Positions 25,536 through 36,175 are shown, counted from the stretch's first letter. The stretch is DNA of 64,000 bases from Candidatus Magasanikiibacteriota bacterium (GCA_041666265.1 JBAYHH010000003.1:2020-66019); one strand, 5' to 3'. Notes: generated by a model from the sequence alone, not told the origin. Numbers and translations are program-made.

Positions 25536-26760
25536 ACATAGCACTCATTGTAGGATTTGTAATAGTGAAAATTTATCCAAATTTTTAGATTTTGGCAACC
25601 AACCTCTGGCTAATTCGTTTTTAAAAAATAAAGAAGAGTTTGTATCGGAAAAATTTTATCCTTTGGCTGTATATTTTTGCCATGACTGTAATTTAGCTCA
25701 ACTTTTAGATGTGGTAGACAAAGAAGAAATGTTTTCTCATTATATTTATTTTAGTTCGGGCATGCCCAAGCTTTCTAATCATTTTAAGGATTATGCCGAA
25801 GATGTTATCAAACGTTTTCTAGGTCCCGGCGAGCTTGTCGTTGAGATCGCCAGTAACGATGGGATATTATTAAAATTTTTTAAAGATTCGGGTTATAAAA
25901 TTTTAGGTATTGATCCAGCAGTAAATGTTGCCAAGGTTGCTCAGGATATGGGCGTTAACACAGTAGTTGATTTTTTCCGCGAGGATCTGAGCCTGGAGAT
26001 AGCGAAAAAGCATGGCACGGCCAAAGTGATTTTAGCCAATAATGTCGTGGCTCACATTGATGATCTCCATGATTTGGCCAAAGGTATTAATAATTTGCTT
26101 GCTGATGACGGGGTTTTTATTTTGGAAGCGCCCTATTTTGTGGATATGTTTGAAAATACCACTTATGATACAATTTACCACGAACACTTATCATATCTGG
26201 CAGTTCGGCCATTGCAAAAGTTTTTTGAATTGTTTGGGATGGAGATATTTGATGTAGAGATACACGAGGTACAGGGGAGGTCGTTACGGGTTTTCGTTGG
26301 TCGTAATGGCAAACATGACATCAGTGAGAGTGTTCAAAAATTTGTAAACAAAGAATTGGATTTAGGTTTGGATTCATGGTCGGTTTATACCGCGCTGGCA
26401 GAAAAAATTTCCCAGCAAAAACAAGATCTTACCAGGCTTTTGCAAGACCTAAAAAATTCCGACAAAAAAATTGCCGCGTATGGAGCGCCAGCCAAGGGCA
26501 ATACCATGTTAAATTATTGTGGTATTGGACCAGATGTTTTAGACTATGCTTTGGAAGATTTACCGGCCAAACAGGGTTTGTTGACTCCTGGAATGCATGT
26601 TCCAACTTTTGATAGCGCTTATGCGCACGCGCACTTACCCGATTATTTTTTAATGTTAGCCTGGAATTACCAGAAGCCGATTTTAGAAAAAGAGCAACAA
26701 TATATTAAAGACGGAGGTAAGTTTATCATCCCGGTAGAAGGAATAAAAATTGTTGGTTAA
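25528..26760 (+). CDS. SAM-dependent NDP-hexose C-methyltransferase (TylC3/NovU-like, with N-terminal Zn-ribbon)
   Basis: HCRICNSENLSKFLDFGNQPLANSF Zn-ribbon, ELVVEIASNDG methyltransferase motif, and a C-terminal C-methyltransferase-type domain. Confidence 0.7.
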   Translation: MYKHSTHCRICNSENLSKFLDFGNQPLANSFLKNKEEFVSEKFYPLAVYFCHDCNLAQLLDVVDKEEMFSHYIYFSSGMPKLSNHFKDYAEDVIKRFLGPGELVVEIASNDGILLKFFKDSGYKILGIDPAVNVAKVAQDMGVNTVVDFFREDLSLEIAKKHGTAKVILANNVVAHIDDLHDLAKGINNLLADDGVFILEAPYFVDMFENTTYDTIYHEHLSYLAVRPLQKFFELFGMEIFDVEIHEVQGRSLRVFVGRNGKHDISESVQKFVNKELDLGLDSWSVYTALAEKISQQKQDLTRLLQDLKNSDKKIAAYGAPAKGNTMLNYCGIGPDVLDYALEDLPAKQGLLTPGMHVPTFDSAYAHAHLPDYFLMLAWNYQKPILEKEQQYIKDGGKFIIPVEGIKIVG

Positions 26761-26763
26761 TTT

Positions 26764-27636
26764 ATGTCAAAAAGGAATATAAAAAAAATATTAATTTGCG
26801 GCAAAGGTCAGCTCGGTCAAGAGTTGTATAATTTTTTGCGATTAAAATATGATGTAGAAATTGTGGATCAGAGCAAATTGGATATCACCGATAAAGAAAA
26901 GGTTTCTAAGTTTATCAATAAAAGTTTGCCCCATTGCATCATAAACGCTGCTGCTTATACTCAAGTTGAGCGAGCGGAACAGGAGGTAGAAGAGGCTTTC
27001 CGAGTGAATGCTTACGGTCCTTATTATTTAGCCGTCGTCGCCAAAAATGTTGGCGCGATCCTTATTCATATTAGTTCAGATTATGTATTTGATGGAACTA
27101 AAAAGTTCTTTGTGGAAACAGATGCACCCAACCCCTTAAATATTTACGGAGCATCCAAGTTGCTTGGGGAAATATTGGTTCAGATTGCCTATCCTAATTA
27201 TTATATTTTTCGCACTAGCGCCATTTTTGGTCGGTATACCAGCCAAAGTCGGACTAATTTCGTCGATCGGATAATTGGTTTGGCCCGAGGTGGCAGGGCT
27301 ATCAAAGCTGTCACCGATCAATTTACATCACCAACCTATGCCACCGATTTGGCAGTTAAAATTTCAGAATTTATTAAAAAACAGCCCCCCAGTGGCATTT
27401 ATCATATTACCAATAGCGGATCTTGTTCGTGGTATGACTTCGCTGTTAAAATATTAAGTACCATGAATTTGACCACAAAAGTTAAACCAACAAAGACCGC
27501 AAAAGTTTTAGGTCCGATATCTCGTCCATGTTATAGTATTTTACATAGTCAGTTATTAAAAAACAGCGGATTTGATACCTTGCCTTCTTGGCAAAATGCT
27601 CTCAAAAGATATTGCCGGGAAAAATATAATATTTAA
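26764..27636 (+). CDS. rmlD: dTDP-4-dehydrorhamnose reductase (RmlD family)
   Basis: ILICGKGQLGQEL, ...CIINAAAYTQVERAEQE...AFRVNAYGP...ILIHISSDYVFDG: RmlD signature. Confidence 0.8.
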   Translation: MSKRNIKKILICGKGQLGQELYNFLRLKYDVEIVDQSKLDITDKEKVSKFINKSLPHCIINAAAYTQVERAEQEVEEAFRVNAYGPYYLAVVAKNVGAILIHISSDYVFDGTKKFFVETDAPNPLNIYGASKLLGEILVQIAYPNYYIFRTSAIFGRYTSQSRTNFVDRIIGLARGGRAIKAVTDQFTSPTYATDLAVKISEFIKKQPPSGIYHITNSGSCSWYDFAVKILSTMNLTTKVKPTKTAKVLGPISRPCYSILHSQLLKNSGFDTLPSWQNALKRYCREKYNI

Positions 27637-27663
27637 CATTATTTTAAGTATAACTATCAATCT

Positions 27664-28452
27664 ATGAAGACTATTATTCTGTGTGGGGGAACAGGCACTC
27701 GCATGAAAGAGGAGACAGAATTCAAACCTAAACCACTTGTTGAAGTTGGGGGCAAGCCAATTCTTTGGCATATCATGAAGATATATGCTCACTATGGTTT
27801 TAATGATTTTATTCTAGCTCTTGGATACAAGAGCAATATGATCAAAGATTACTTTCTTAACTGGCGTGCTTTTGTAAATGATTTTTCCTTAAATACCAAG
27901 ACCGGCGAAATGATTTTTCACAATAATGATTGTGATGATTTTAAGATTACTTTCGCGGAAACCGGTCTTACTAGTCTTACCGGCGAGCGGGTGCGTCGAT
28001 TGAAAAATTATATTACCGACGATCATTTTATGGTAACTTATGGTGACGGTGTAAGCGATATAGACATTTCTGAATTAATAAATTTTCATAAAAATCAAAA
28101 GACATTGGCCACTATCACTGGTGTGCGTCCCGGCAATCGTTTTGGTTTTTTGAATATTGATCACGAAGCCAAAAAAGCAGTTGATTTTTTTCAGCACAAA
28201 GTGACCAATACCGGCAAAGAAGAATCTTCCAAAGATTATATTAATGGTGGTTTCATGGTATTTGACAAAGAGGTGTTAGATATGATTGCAGAGGACAGCA
28301 TGATCGAATCAGTTTTTCCTGTTTTGGCGGAGCAAGGGCAACTCTCGGTTTATTTGCATTCGGGAAAATGGAAGTGCATGGATACTCATAAAGAAGTGGA
28401 AGAGATGAATGAGCATTGGACCAAAGATCCTTTTTGGAAAATTTGGAAATAA
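27664..28452 (+). CDS. ddhA: glucose-1-phosphate cytidylyltransferase
   Basis: MKTIILCGGTGTRMKEETEFKPKPLVEVGGKPILWHIMKIYAHYGFNDFILALGYK: near-identical to the RfbF/DdhA consensus. Confidence 0.9.
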   Translation: MKTIILCGGTGTRMKEETEFKPKPLVEVGGKPILWHIMKIYAHYGFNDFILALGYKSNMIKDYFLNWRAFVNDFSLNTKTGEMIFHNNDCDDFKITFAETGLTSLTGERVRRLKNYITDDHFMVTYGDGVSDIDISELINFHKNQKTLATITGVRPGNRFGFLNIDHEAKKAVDFFQHKVTNTGKEESSKDYINGGFMVFDKEVLDMIAEDSMIESVFPVLAEQGQLSVYLHSGKWKCMDTHKEVEEMNEHWTKDPFWKIWK

Positions 28453-28456
28453 TTTT

Positions 28457-29530
28457 ATGAAAAATTTTTATAACAATAAAAAAGTATTGATCACTGGGCA
28501 TACTGGGTTTAAAGGATCGTGGCTTACCCAGATGCTCATTAATTGGGGGGCAAAAATAATCGGAGTTTCTCTACCGCCCAATACTACCCCCAATCTCTTT
28601 GATTCTTTGGGGTTGAAATCAAAACTATATAAAAATTATTTTGAGGATATTCGTGATTATAATAAAATGAAGGAAATCTTTGAGCACGAAAAACCGGAAA
28701 TAGTTTTTCATTTAGCCGCTCAGCCATTGGTTCGTGACAGTTATGATGATCCTTTGACCACTCATTCCTCAAATATTATGGGTACGGCTAATATTTTACA
28801 GGCAATCAAAGAAGTTGGTGGAGTAAAATCAGCTGTAATTATTACTACTGATAAAGTTTACGAAAACAAGGAATGTCTTTATCCATATCGCGAAACAGAT
28901 GCTTTGGGCGGCTACGATCCTTATAGTGCCAGCAAAGCCGCCGCCGATATCGTGGTTAATTCTTATATTCAATCATTTTTCAATCCCAAAGATTTTGGCT
29001 TGGGACATAATACCTTGATAGCCATTGCCAGAGCTGGCAATGTCATTGGCGGCGGTGATTGGGCTAAAGATAGGTTGGTGCCCAATATGGTCAGGGCAAT
29101 TTTTGAATATGATGAGTCGGTAACGATTAGAAATCCACAAGCTGTCCGGCCGTGGCAACATGTTCTTGAACCACTGGTTGGCTATCTAATGCTTGGTCAG
29201 CGTCTTTACAATGGCGACAGAGAGATGTCTGGAGCATGGAATTTTGGACCACACGAAGAAGGCGTTGTGTGTGTCGAAGAATTAGTCCAGAAGGGTATCG
29301 GAGTGTTGGGAAAGGGCAGTCATAAGGTGATCAAAGATTACTCCAAACATGAAGCCGGATTATTAAAATTAGATATTAGCAAAGCAGTTAATATTTTGGG
29401 TTGGCGTCCTAAGTGGAACTTTCATGATGGCCTTAGGATTACTTTTGAATGGTATGATCAATATTATCGTGATCCTCAAAATATTGAAGAATTGACTAAT
29501 CAGCAAATAAGATTTTATCTCGGTGATTAA
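28457..29530 (+). CDS. ddhB: CDP-glucose 4,6-dehydratase
   Basis: FYNNKKVLITGHTGFKGSWLTQML: RfbG/DdhB N-terminus. The ATG at 28457 is preferred over the track start. Confidence 0.88.
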   Translation: MKNFYNNKKVLITGHTGFKGSWLTQMLINWGAKIIGVSLPPNTTPNLFDSLGLKSKLYKNYFEDIRDYNKMKEIFEHEKPEIVFHLAAQPLVRDSYDDPLTTHSSNIMGTANILQAIKEVGGVKSAVIITTDKVYENKECLYPYRETDALGGYDPYSASKAAADIVVNSYIQSFFNPKDFGLGHNTLIAIARAGNVIGGGDWAKDRLVPNMVRAIFEYDESVTIRNPQAVRPWQHVLEPLVGYLMLGQRLYNGDREMSGAWNFGPHEEGVVCVEELVQKGIGVLGKGSHKVIKDYSKHEAGLLKLDISKAVNILGWRPKWNFHDGLRITFEWYDQYYRDPQNIEELTNQQIRFYLGD

Positions 29531-29559
29531 AATTATAGAGCGATAGACTTTTGATGTGT

Positions 29560-30423
29560 ATGAGTAAAATTAAAGTCGGTATAATCGGCACTGGCAATAT
29601 TGGAACGGATCTTCTTTGTAAAATACAGAGATCCGATATTTTGGAATGCAGTATTTTTGCGGGGCGCGATCCTGAATCAAACGGAATAAAAAGGGCGGAA
29701 AATATGGGGATCAAAACTTCTTTTGACTCTATTCATGCTATTGAAGATGACCCATCTATATGCGAAGTTGTTTTCGATGCTACTTCTGCCAGAGCACACA
29801 TAGAACATGCGCGTATATTAAAAAAATTAGGTAAGTTTGTGATAGATATTACACCATCGCGAATAGGTAAGATGTGCATTCCGGCTATAAATATTGATCA
29901 GGCGTTGCAAAGTGACAATGTTAACATGGTAACATGTGGCGGGCAAGCATCAGTACCGATTGCCAAAGCTATCATGGAAATACATCCGGAAACGGAGTAT
30001 ATTGAAGTGGTGGCTAGCATTTCTTCCAAATCAGCTGGTTTGGGCACTAGGGCTAACATTGACGAATACACCCAAACCACTAAAGATGCGATCGAAATTT
30101 TTTCTGGCGTACCAAAAGCTAAGGCCATTATAATTTTGAATCCAGCCGAACCGCCAATTTTGATGAGCAATACCATATATTCTAAAATAAATAATCCCAA
30201 TTTAGAAAAAATAAAGAATAAAATATTGGAAGTTGAGGCGCAAATTCGTAAATATGTTCCTGGTTATAAAATATCACTCGGACCTGTTTACGAAAACGGG
30301 CGCCTCACCATTATGATAGAAGTAGTTGGAGTTGGGGATTATTTACCAGAATATTCGGGTAATTTAGATATAATAACTTGCGCCGCCGTACAGGTAGCAG
30401 AAGAATACGCTAAAAGAAAATAA
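29560..30423 (+). CDS. acetaldehyde dehydrogenase (acylating), DmpF/MhpF family
   Basis: MSKIKVGIIGTGNIGTDLL, NVNMVTCGGQASVPIA, EVVASISSKSAGLGTRANIDEYTQTT, ILNPAEPP: hallmark motifs of EC 1.2.1.10 enzymes. Confidence 0.85.
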   Translation: MSKIKVGIIGTGNIGTDLLCKIQRSDILECSIFAGRDPESNGIKRAENMGIKTSFDSIHAIEDDPSICEVVFDATSARAHIEHARILKKLGKFVIDITPSRIGKMCIPAINIDQALQSDNVNMVTCGGQASVPIAKAIMEIHPETEYIEVVASISSKSAGLGTRANIDEYTQTTKDAIEIFSGVPKAKAIIILNPAEPPILMSNTIYSKINNPNLEKIKNKILEVEAQIRKYVPGYKISLGPVYENGRLTIMIEVVGVGDYLPEYSGNLDIITCAAVQVAEEYAKRK

Positions 30424-30425
30424 TT

Positions 30426-31469
30426 ATGAATAAAACTATTTTTTTCGATTCCACTTTACGCGATGGTTCTCACGCTGTCCGGCACCAGATTAGTACGGAA
30501 TCAATTAGTGATTATTGTAGAAAAGTAGATGGAGCAGGCCTGTATGTTGTTATAGTTGGTCATGGTAATGGTTTGGGGGCGTCTTCATTGCAGGTTGGTT
30601 TGTCTGCGCATTCGGACTCAGAAATGTTGTTGGCCGCTCGTCGAGAGTTGCACAAAACAAAGTTGGGAGTTTTTCTACTGCCAGGTTTCGGAACCATTAA
30701 AGATGATTTAGCCCCAGCCCTTGATATAGGGGTGGAAGTAGTTTGCGTGGCTTCGCATTGTACCGAAGCCGATACCACTAGACAGCACATCGAATATGTT
30801 AGTAATAGAGGAAAAGAGGCATACGGTGTATTAATGATGTACCATAGGTCCTCCAGAGAAAAACTGTTGGAAGAGGCTCAAAAGATGCAGGATTATGGCG
30901 CTCAGGGTGTGATATTAATGGATTCCGCCGGCGCTTCAACTCCAGAAATGGTTTCTTCCGTTATTGGTTATCTATCAGAAAATCTAAAAATTCCCGTAGG
31001 TTTTCACGCGCACAATAATTTAGGTATGGCAGTGGCAAATTCACTTTTGGCTATTGAATCAGGGGCGGGAATAATCGATGGAACTTTGCGCGGTTTTGGC
31101 GCTGGGGCAGGCAATTGTCAACTGGAGGTGTTGGTGGCTTTGATGAAAAAAATGGGCATGAAAATAGATGTTGATTTATATGAATTATTAGATGTGAGCG
31201 AAGAGGTGGTTTCTAAAATTATGACTCAACCGCAAGAGATAAGTTCCTTAAGTATAGTCAGCGGTTTAGCTGGTGTTTTTTCTGGCTTTACTCCTCATGT
31301 TAAAGATGCTGCCACCAGATTTAATGTTGATCCAAGGGATATCTTTTTGGAATTAGGTAAGTTAAAAGTAGTTGGAGGGCAAGAAGATGTTATTGTCAGA
31401 GTAGCGATGAATTTGGCCGAAAAACGAAAGAATAGTGACATTAGTTACCAAATAGAGTCTTTGTCTTAA
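30426..31469 (+). CDS. 4-hydroxy-2-oxovalerate aldolase-like (DmpG/MhpE/BphI family, DRE-TIM pyruvate aldolase)
   Basis: DSTLRDGSHAVRHQ, VASHCTEAD, QHIEYVSN, GFHAHNNLGMAVANSLLAIESGA, C-terminal MVGGQEDVIV: DmpG signature blocks. Confidence 0.85.
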   Translation: MNKTIFFDSTLRDGSHAVRHQISTESISDYCRKVDGAGLYVVIVGHGNGLGASSLQVGLSAHSDSEMLLAARRELHKTKLGVFLLPGFGTIKDDLAPALDIGVEVVCVASHCTEADTTRQHIEYVSNRGKEAYGVLMMYHRSSREKLLEEAQKMQDYGAQGVILMDSAGASTPEMVSSVIGYLSENLKIPVGFHAHNNLGMAVANSLLAIESGAGIIDGTLRGFGAGAGNCQLEVLVALMKKMGMKIDVDLYELLDVSEEVVSKIMTQPQEISSLSIVSGLAGVFSGFTPHVKDAATRFNVDPRDIFLELGKLKVVGGQEDVIVRVAMNLAEKRKNSDISYQIESLS

Positions 31470-31482
31470 CCTTGTAAATAAT

Positions 31483-33261
31483 ATGATGTTAGCAGATTAT
31501 ATTTTCAAGTTTCTATCCGAAAAAGGTGTTGACCAGGTCTTTATGGTAACTGGCGGCCAAGCCATGTTTTTAGACGATGCGGTATATAAAAATAAAAAAA
31601 TGAAATTTATTTGTACGCACCACGAACAGGCTGCTGGCATGTCGGCAGATGCTTATGGGCGTATAAAAAATAAACCGGCAGTAGCATTAGTAACGGCCGG
31701 GCCAGGCGCGGTTAATGTTATTACCGGTGTAGTCGGTGGCTGGGCGGATTCTGCGCCGATGATTATTTTGTCTGGTCAATCAAATTTATCTTATGTAGAG
31801 TATCAAGAAAAAACCGGCATCAGGCAATATGGCGTTCAAGGAATAAATATTAAGCCGATAGTTGGAAAGATTGTTAAATATTTTGTCACAGTGGATAACC
31901 CGGAAAATATTTTGTATTACCTTGAAAAAGCTTATTATTTGGCCACTAGTGGTCGTCCTGGTCCGGTTTGGATTGATGTTCCGATTGATATGCAAAGAGC
32001 TGTTGTTCCAGAAGGGCATCTAAGAGTTTTTGATGAATATGAAAAACTCAACTCAATCGATAAAGAGGATATTAGCAAAATTATTAATCTTTTGAGTAAA
32101 GCTAAACGGCCAGTTGTTTTGGCTGGACAAGGGGTCAGATTGTCGGGAGGAACGGATGAGTTTGATAAGTTTATTAAAAAAGCGAACATTCCGATTCTAA
32201 CATCAAGATTGGGTATTGATTTGATAAATAGCGACAATAAACTCTATGTTGGTCGCCCGGGTACTTATGGCGAGCGATCAGCCAACTTTGCTATTCAAAA
32301 CTCTGATTTAATGTTGATAATTGGTTGTAGGTTGGCTACGCCATTAGTTGGGCACGATGCAAAAGATTTTGGCCGAAATGCCAAAAAAATAGTGGTGGAT
32401 ATTGATCCAAAAGAACTTGATAAGCCGGGTTTGGCAATTGATATTAAAATCACGGCCGATGTCGGTATTTTTCTCAAAGAAATAAATAACGAGATTATTA
32501 ACTCTAATTTGCCTGATTATAGTCAGTGGATCGCACAGTGTAATCGTTGGAAGGAAAAATATCCGGTCGTGTTGTCTGAATACAAAGACGAGAAACCGGT
32601 CAATTCTTATTATTTTACCGACAAGCTTTCTCAAGCAGCTTCTAGCAAAGATTTGATTTTGGTTGACACCGGGTCCTGCTTTCATGTTGTCTGTCAGTCA
32701 TGGAAAATTAAAGAAGGTCAAAAATTTTTGACAACTGGCGGGCTTTCATCAATGGGCTATTGGGCGGCCAGCATTGGTGCTTGCGAGGCAAACAATCGAA
32801 TCAACACCGTAGTTATCACTGGGGATGGAAGTTTGCAGATGAATCTACAAGAATTAGCCACCATTAAACACAATAAATTACCAATTAAAATATTCATTTT
32901 TAATAATAATGGCTATTTATTGATCAGACACACTCAAAATAATTTTATGGAAGGCCGCTTGATAGGTGAAAGTCCCGATACGGGTGTTTGGTGCCCGGAT
33001 TCTTTGAAGATTGCCGAGGCCTACGGCATTCATGCGATTAGAATTGATTCGGTTGTAGGCATGGAAGAAAAAATAAAAGAGGTTTTAGAATATGACGGTC
33101 CGGTGGTTTGTGATGTAATGACCCCGCAGCTGCAATTATTAATTCCCAGGGTAGCTTCGGATAAAATGCCTGACGGCCGGTTGGTTTCTAGGCCCTACGA
33201 GGACATGTTTCCATTTTTAAGTAGAGAAGAATTACAAAGTAATTTAGTTAAAGATAATTAG
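31483..33261 (+). CDS. thiamine-diphosphate-dependent enzyme, acetolactate synthase large-subunit-like (YerE-like candidate)
   Basis: 592 aa. N-terminal pyrimidine-binding domain (VTGGQAMFLDDA...VTAGPGAVNVITGVVGGWADSAPMIILSGQ) and C-terminal ThDP motif (VITGDGSLQMNLQELAT...FNNNGY). Confidence 0.85.
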   Translation: MMLADYIFKFLSEKGVDQVFMVTGGQAMFLDDAVYKNKKMKFICTHHEQAAGMSADAYGRIKNKPAVALVTAGPGAVNVITGVVGGWADSAPMIILSGQSNLSYVEYQEKTGIRQYGVQGINIKPIVGKIVKYFVTVDNPENILYYLEKAYYLATSGRPGPVWIDVPIDMQRAVVPEGHLRVFDEYEKLNSIDKEDISKIINLLSKAKRPVVLAGQGVRLSGGTDEFDKFIKKANIPILTSRLGIDLINSDNKLYVGRPGTYGERSANFAIQNSDLMLIIGCRLATPLVGHDAKDFGRNAKKIVVDIDPKELDKPGLAIDIKITADVGIFLKEINNEIINSNLPDYSQWIAQCNRWKEKYPVVLSEYKDEKPVNSYYFTDKLSQAASSKDLILVDTGSCFHVVCQSWKIKEGQKFLTTGGLSSMGYWAASIGACEANNRINTVVITGDGSLQMNLQELATIKHNKLPIKIFIFNNNGYLLIRHTQNNFMEGRLIGESPDTGVWCPDSLKIAEAYGIHAIRIDSVVGMEEKIKEVLEYDGPVVCDVMTPQLQLLIPRVASDKMPDGRLVSRPYEDMFPFLSREELQSNLVKDN

Positions 33262-34431
33262 ATGTTGTTATACAGCGACAACTTAAAGGAATCGTCCACA
33301 TTGAGAATAAACTCAATCGCCAATCAGAAAAAAAATAATGGTGAAAAAGTATATAATTTTAGTGTTGGCGAACCGGTAATTGAAAATCACGCTCTCATCG
33401 TAGAAGGGGTTTGTAATGCTCTTAAAAGAAATCGTACTCAATATCCGCCTGTTGCCGGCATAAATGAACTTTTGAGATTATGCGCCGACTGGATGAATAC
33501 AAATTATAATTGTTCATATAATTCTCAAGAAACAATGGTAACCTGTGGGGGAAAATATGGAATATTTCTAGCCCTACAAGCATTATTGGATGTCGGCGAT
33601 GAAGTAGTAATTATTTCTCCTTATTGGGTTTCGTATCCCGAAATGATAAAAATTTTTCATGGCATTCCTCGGGTTTACACAACCAAAGAAGAATCTGATT
33701 GGCGGGTGGATGCTATGGAATTACAAAAACTTATTAACAAAAAAACAAAAGCAATTATTATCAATAACGCCTCTAATCCTACCGGACATATTTTTTCCAA
33801 ACAAGAATTGGTTGATATTCTTGAAATGGCACATGATCAAAGTATTTTCGTAATTTCCGACGAGGTTTATAGTGGTTTGGTTTATGAATATAATCAATTT
33901 ATATCGGCCGGAAGTTTTGCTGAGTTTAAAGATAAGGTAATTATAATTCAAAGTTGTTCGAAAAATTTTGGCATGACCGGTTGGAGGGTAGGTATGATAT
34001 TTGGGCCGCAGGAAATTGTTAAGTGTCTGGCAGTCATTCAGAGCCAGAGCATAACCAATACTTCCATAGTAAGCCAGTGGGCGGCAATTACAGCTATTCA
34101 GAATGCTGATACAATTACTGGCGAGGTTAGAAAAATAGTACAAGGTAGAAGAGATGTTTTTGTTAGAGTGTTTAATGAATTATTTTCCGAAAAAATCAAA
34201 GCGCCTCAATCTTCCCTGTATTGTTTTGTGTCATTGAAAAAAATGGGAGTTTTCGGAAAAAATGCGGATGAGTTTTCTGCAGATTTAATTGAACAAGCGA
34301 ATATTGCCTTGACATCTGGTGGTGGCTTTGGTGACGATAATTATGTAAGATTTTCTTTCGGTATTAGTGAGGCGGAAATTATTGATGGTTTGCGGGTTCT
34401 AAAAAATTTTACGGAAAATAAAAAATTTTGA
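33262..34431 (+). CDS. class I/II pyridoxal-phosphate aminotransferase (AspC-like fold)
   Basis: NNASNPTGHIF, VISDEVYSGL, and the SCSKNFGMTGWRVGM lysine-containing motif of class I aminotransferases. Confidence 0.8.
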   Translation: MLLYSDNLKESSTLRINSIANQKKNNGEKVYNFSVGEPVIENHALIVEGVCNALKRNRTQYPPVAGINELLRLCADWMNTNYNCSYNSQETMVTCGGKYGIFLALQALLDVGDEVVIISPYWVSYPEMIKIFHGIPRVYTTKEESDWRVDAMELQKLINKKTKAIIINNASNPTGHIFSKQELVDILEMAHDQSIFVISDEVYSGLVYEYNQFISAGSFAEFKDKVIIIQSCSKNFGMTGWRVGMIFGPQEIVKCLAVIQSQSITNTSIVSQWAAITAIQNADTITGEVRKIVQGRRDVFVRVFNELFSEKIKAPQSSLYCFVSLKKMGVFGKNADEFSADLIEQANIALTSGGGFGDDNYVRFSFGISEAEIIDGLRVLKNFTENKKF

Positions 34432-35246
34432 TTATGACTGCCACAGAATTGAAGCGAATTGCTTCAAAAATAAGAATTAATATTTTAAATTTAATTTACA
34501 AAACGAAAAGTTCGCATATCGGATCTTGTTTTTGTATTGTTGATATTCTCGCTGTTTTATATTTTAAAATAATGAATATCAATCCACAGAACATTAAAGA
34601 TGAGAATCGAGATATTTTTATTTTAAGCAAGGGGCACGCGGTAGTGGCTTTATATATTGTTTTGGCCGAAGCCGGTTTTTATGATTTTTCTGTTTTGGAT
34701 AAGTATGCTACTGATGGGTCAAAGTTGGCTGGCCATGTTATTAAAAATAGCCTCCCTGGCATCGAGGTATCGTCTGGGTCTTTGGGGCACGGCCTGTCTA
34801 TGGCTGTGGGCATGGCTTTAGCCGCTAAACTTGATAATAAAAGCAGAAAGATTTTTTGTTTGATGGGGGATGGCGAATGTAATGAAGGTTCGGTGTGGGA
34901 AGCAACTATGTTTGCCGCTCAACACAAGCTCAGCAATCTATATATCATTGTTGACTATAATAATCAACAAGGTATGGGCGAAGCAGATAAGATAATATCT
35001 CAGAATAATCTCGCTGAGAGATTTAGATCTTTTGGTTGCAACTCTATCGATGTTGATGGACATGATATTGGTGCCTTGCTGGGCGCTTTTGGCGGCAAAG
35101 TTGATACTAGGCCAGTGGTTATTGCAGCCAAAACAATAAAAGGAAAAGGCGTAAGTTTTATGGAGAATAATGTTGATTTTCACTATAAAAGCCCAACCGA
35201 TGAGCAGCATGCCTTGGCTTTAAAAGAACTAACAGAATCAGTATGA
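34428..35246 (+). CDS. transketolase, N-terminal (ThDP-binding) subunit
   Basis: GSCFCIVDILAVLYF, SKGHAVVALY, GSLGHGLSMAVGMALA, GDGECNEGSVWEA: split-transketolase N-subunit motifs. Confidence 0.85.
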   Translation: MIMTATELKRIASKIRINILNLIYKTKSSHIGSCFCIVDILAVLYFKIMNINPQNIKDENRDIFILSKGHAVVALYIVLAEAGFYDFSVLDKYATDGSKLAGHVIKNSLPGIEVSSGSLGHGLSMAVGMALAAKLDNKSRKIFCLMGDGECNEGSVWEATMFAAQHKLSNLYIIVDYNNQQGMGEADKIISQNNLAERFRSFGCNSIDVDGHDIGALLGAFGGKVDTRPVVIAAKTIKGKGVSFMENNVDFHYKSPTDEQHALALKELTESV

Positions 35247-36175
35247 GAAATTTAGTCATAAATTATATATTTGAAGAAGCTAAAAAGAATCCGAATATTA
35301 TTTTGATGACGGCTGATTTGGGTTATTCGGTGATGGAGAAGTTTATGCAGGAATTACCTAAACAATTTATCAACACCGGCATTGCCGAACAAAACATGAT
35401 CGGAGTTGCGGCCGGCCTAGCTCTAAGCGGTAAAAAAGTTTTCGTCTATACCATTGCTCCGTTCGCTACTATGAGATGTTTTGAACAGATTAGGGTTGAT
35501 GTGTGTTATCAGAATTTAGATGTAACAATAATAGGGGTGGGAGGGGGTTTGGCTTATGGTACTCTGGGTACCACTCATTACGCCTTAGAGGATTTAGCCA
35601 CCATGAGATCTTTGCCCAACATGAAAGTTATGTGTCCGGCCGATCCCAACGAAGCGGCGCTGGTTGTTAAAAAAGCCATGAAAATCGAAGGTCCGAGTTA
35701 TATTAGATTAAATCGTGGTGGTGAAAAAAATGTTATCGACGATATTGATTATTCTGGTATTGAAATAGTTAGCCCGATAAAAATAATTGAGAATAAGGGA
35801 AGTGTTGTTATTTTTTCCTGTGGCAACATTTTATCAGAAGCTTACAAGGCCGCTAATAATTTGGTTAAAAATAACAAACATGTTTCTCTTTTCAGCCTTC
35901 CGTTTCTAAAACCAGTTGATAAAGAGGCGGTGGTTAATATTTTAAAGGATTACAAAGCTATCTTTACGGTAGAGGAGCATAATATTATTGGTGGTTTAGG
36001 TTCGATAATAGCAGAAATGATTGCCGAAGAAAATTTAAATGTTAAATTGGTGAGGCTGGGCATCGAAGATAAATATTTTGATTTTATTGGCAAACAAGAT
36101 TACATGCGCGATCAAGCTGGTATATCTGCTCAAAAGATTGAACAAAAAATTATAAATAGCTTTTATGAAAGATAA
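35243..36175 (+). CDS. transketolase, C-terminal (pyrimidine-binding) subunit
   Basis: INTGIAEQNMIGVAAGLAL, FVYTIAPFATMRCFEQIR, GGGLAYGTLGTTHYALEDLATMRSLPNMKV. Confidence 0.85.
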   Translation: MRNLVINYIFEEAKKNPNIILMTADLGYSVMEKFMQELPKQFINTGIAEQNMIGVAAGLALSGKKVFVYTIAPFATMRCFEQIRVDVCYQNLDVTIIGVGGGLAYGTLGTTHYALEDLATMRSLPNMKVMCPADPNEAALVVKKAMKIEGPSYIRLNRGGEKNVIDDIDYSGIEIVSPIKIIENKGSVVIFSCGNILSEAYKAANNLVKNNKHVSLFSLPFLKPVDKEAVVNILKDYKAIFTVEEHNIIGGLGSIIAEMIAEENLNVKLVRLGIEDKYFDFIGKQDYMRDQAGISAQKIEQKIINSFYER

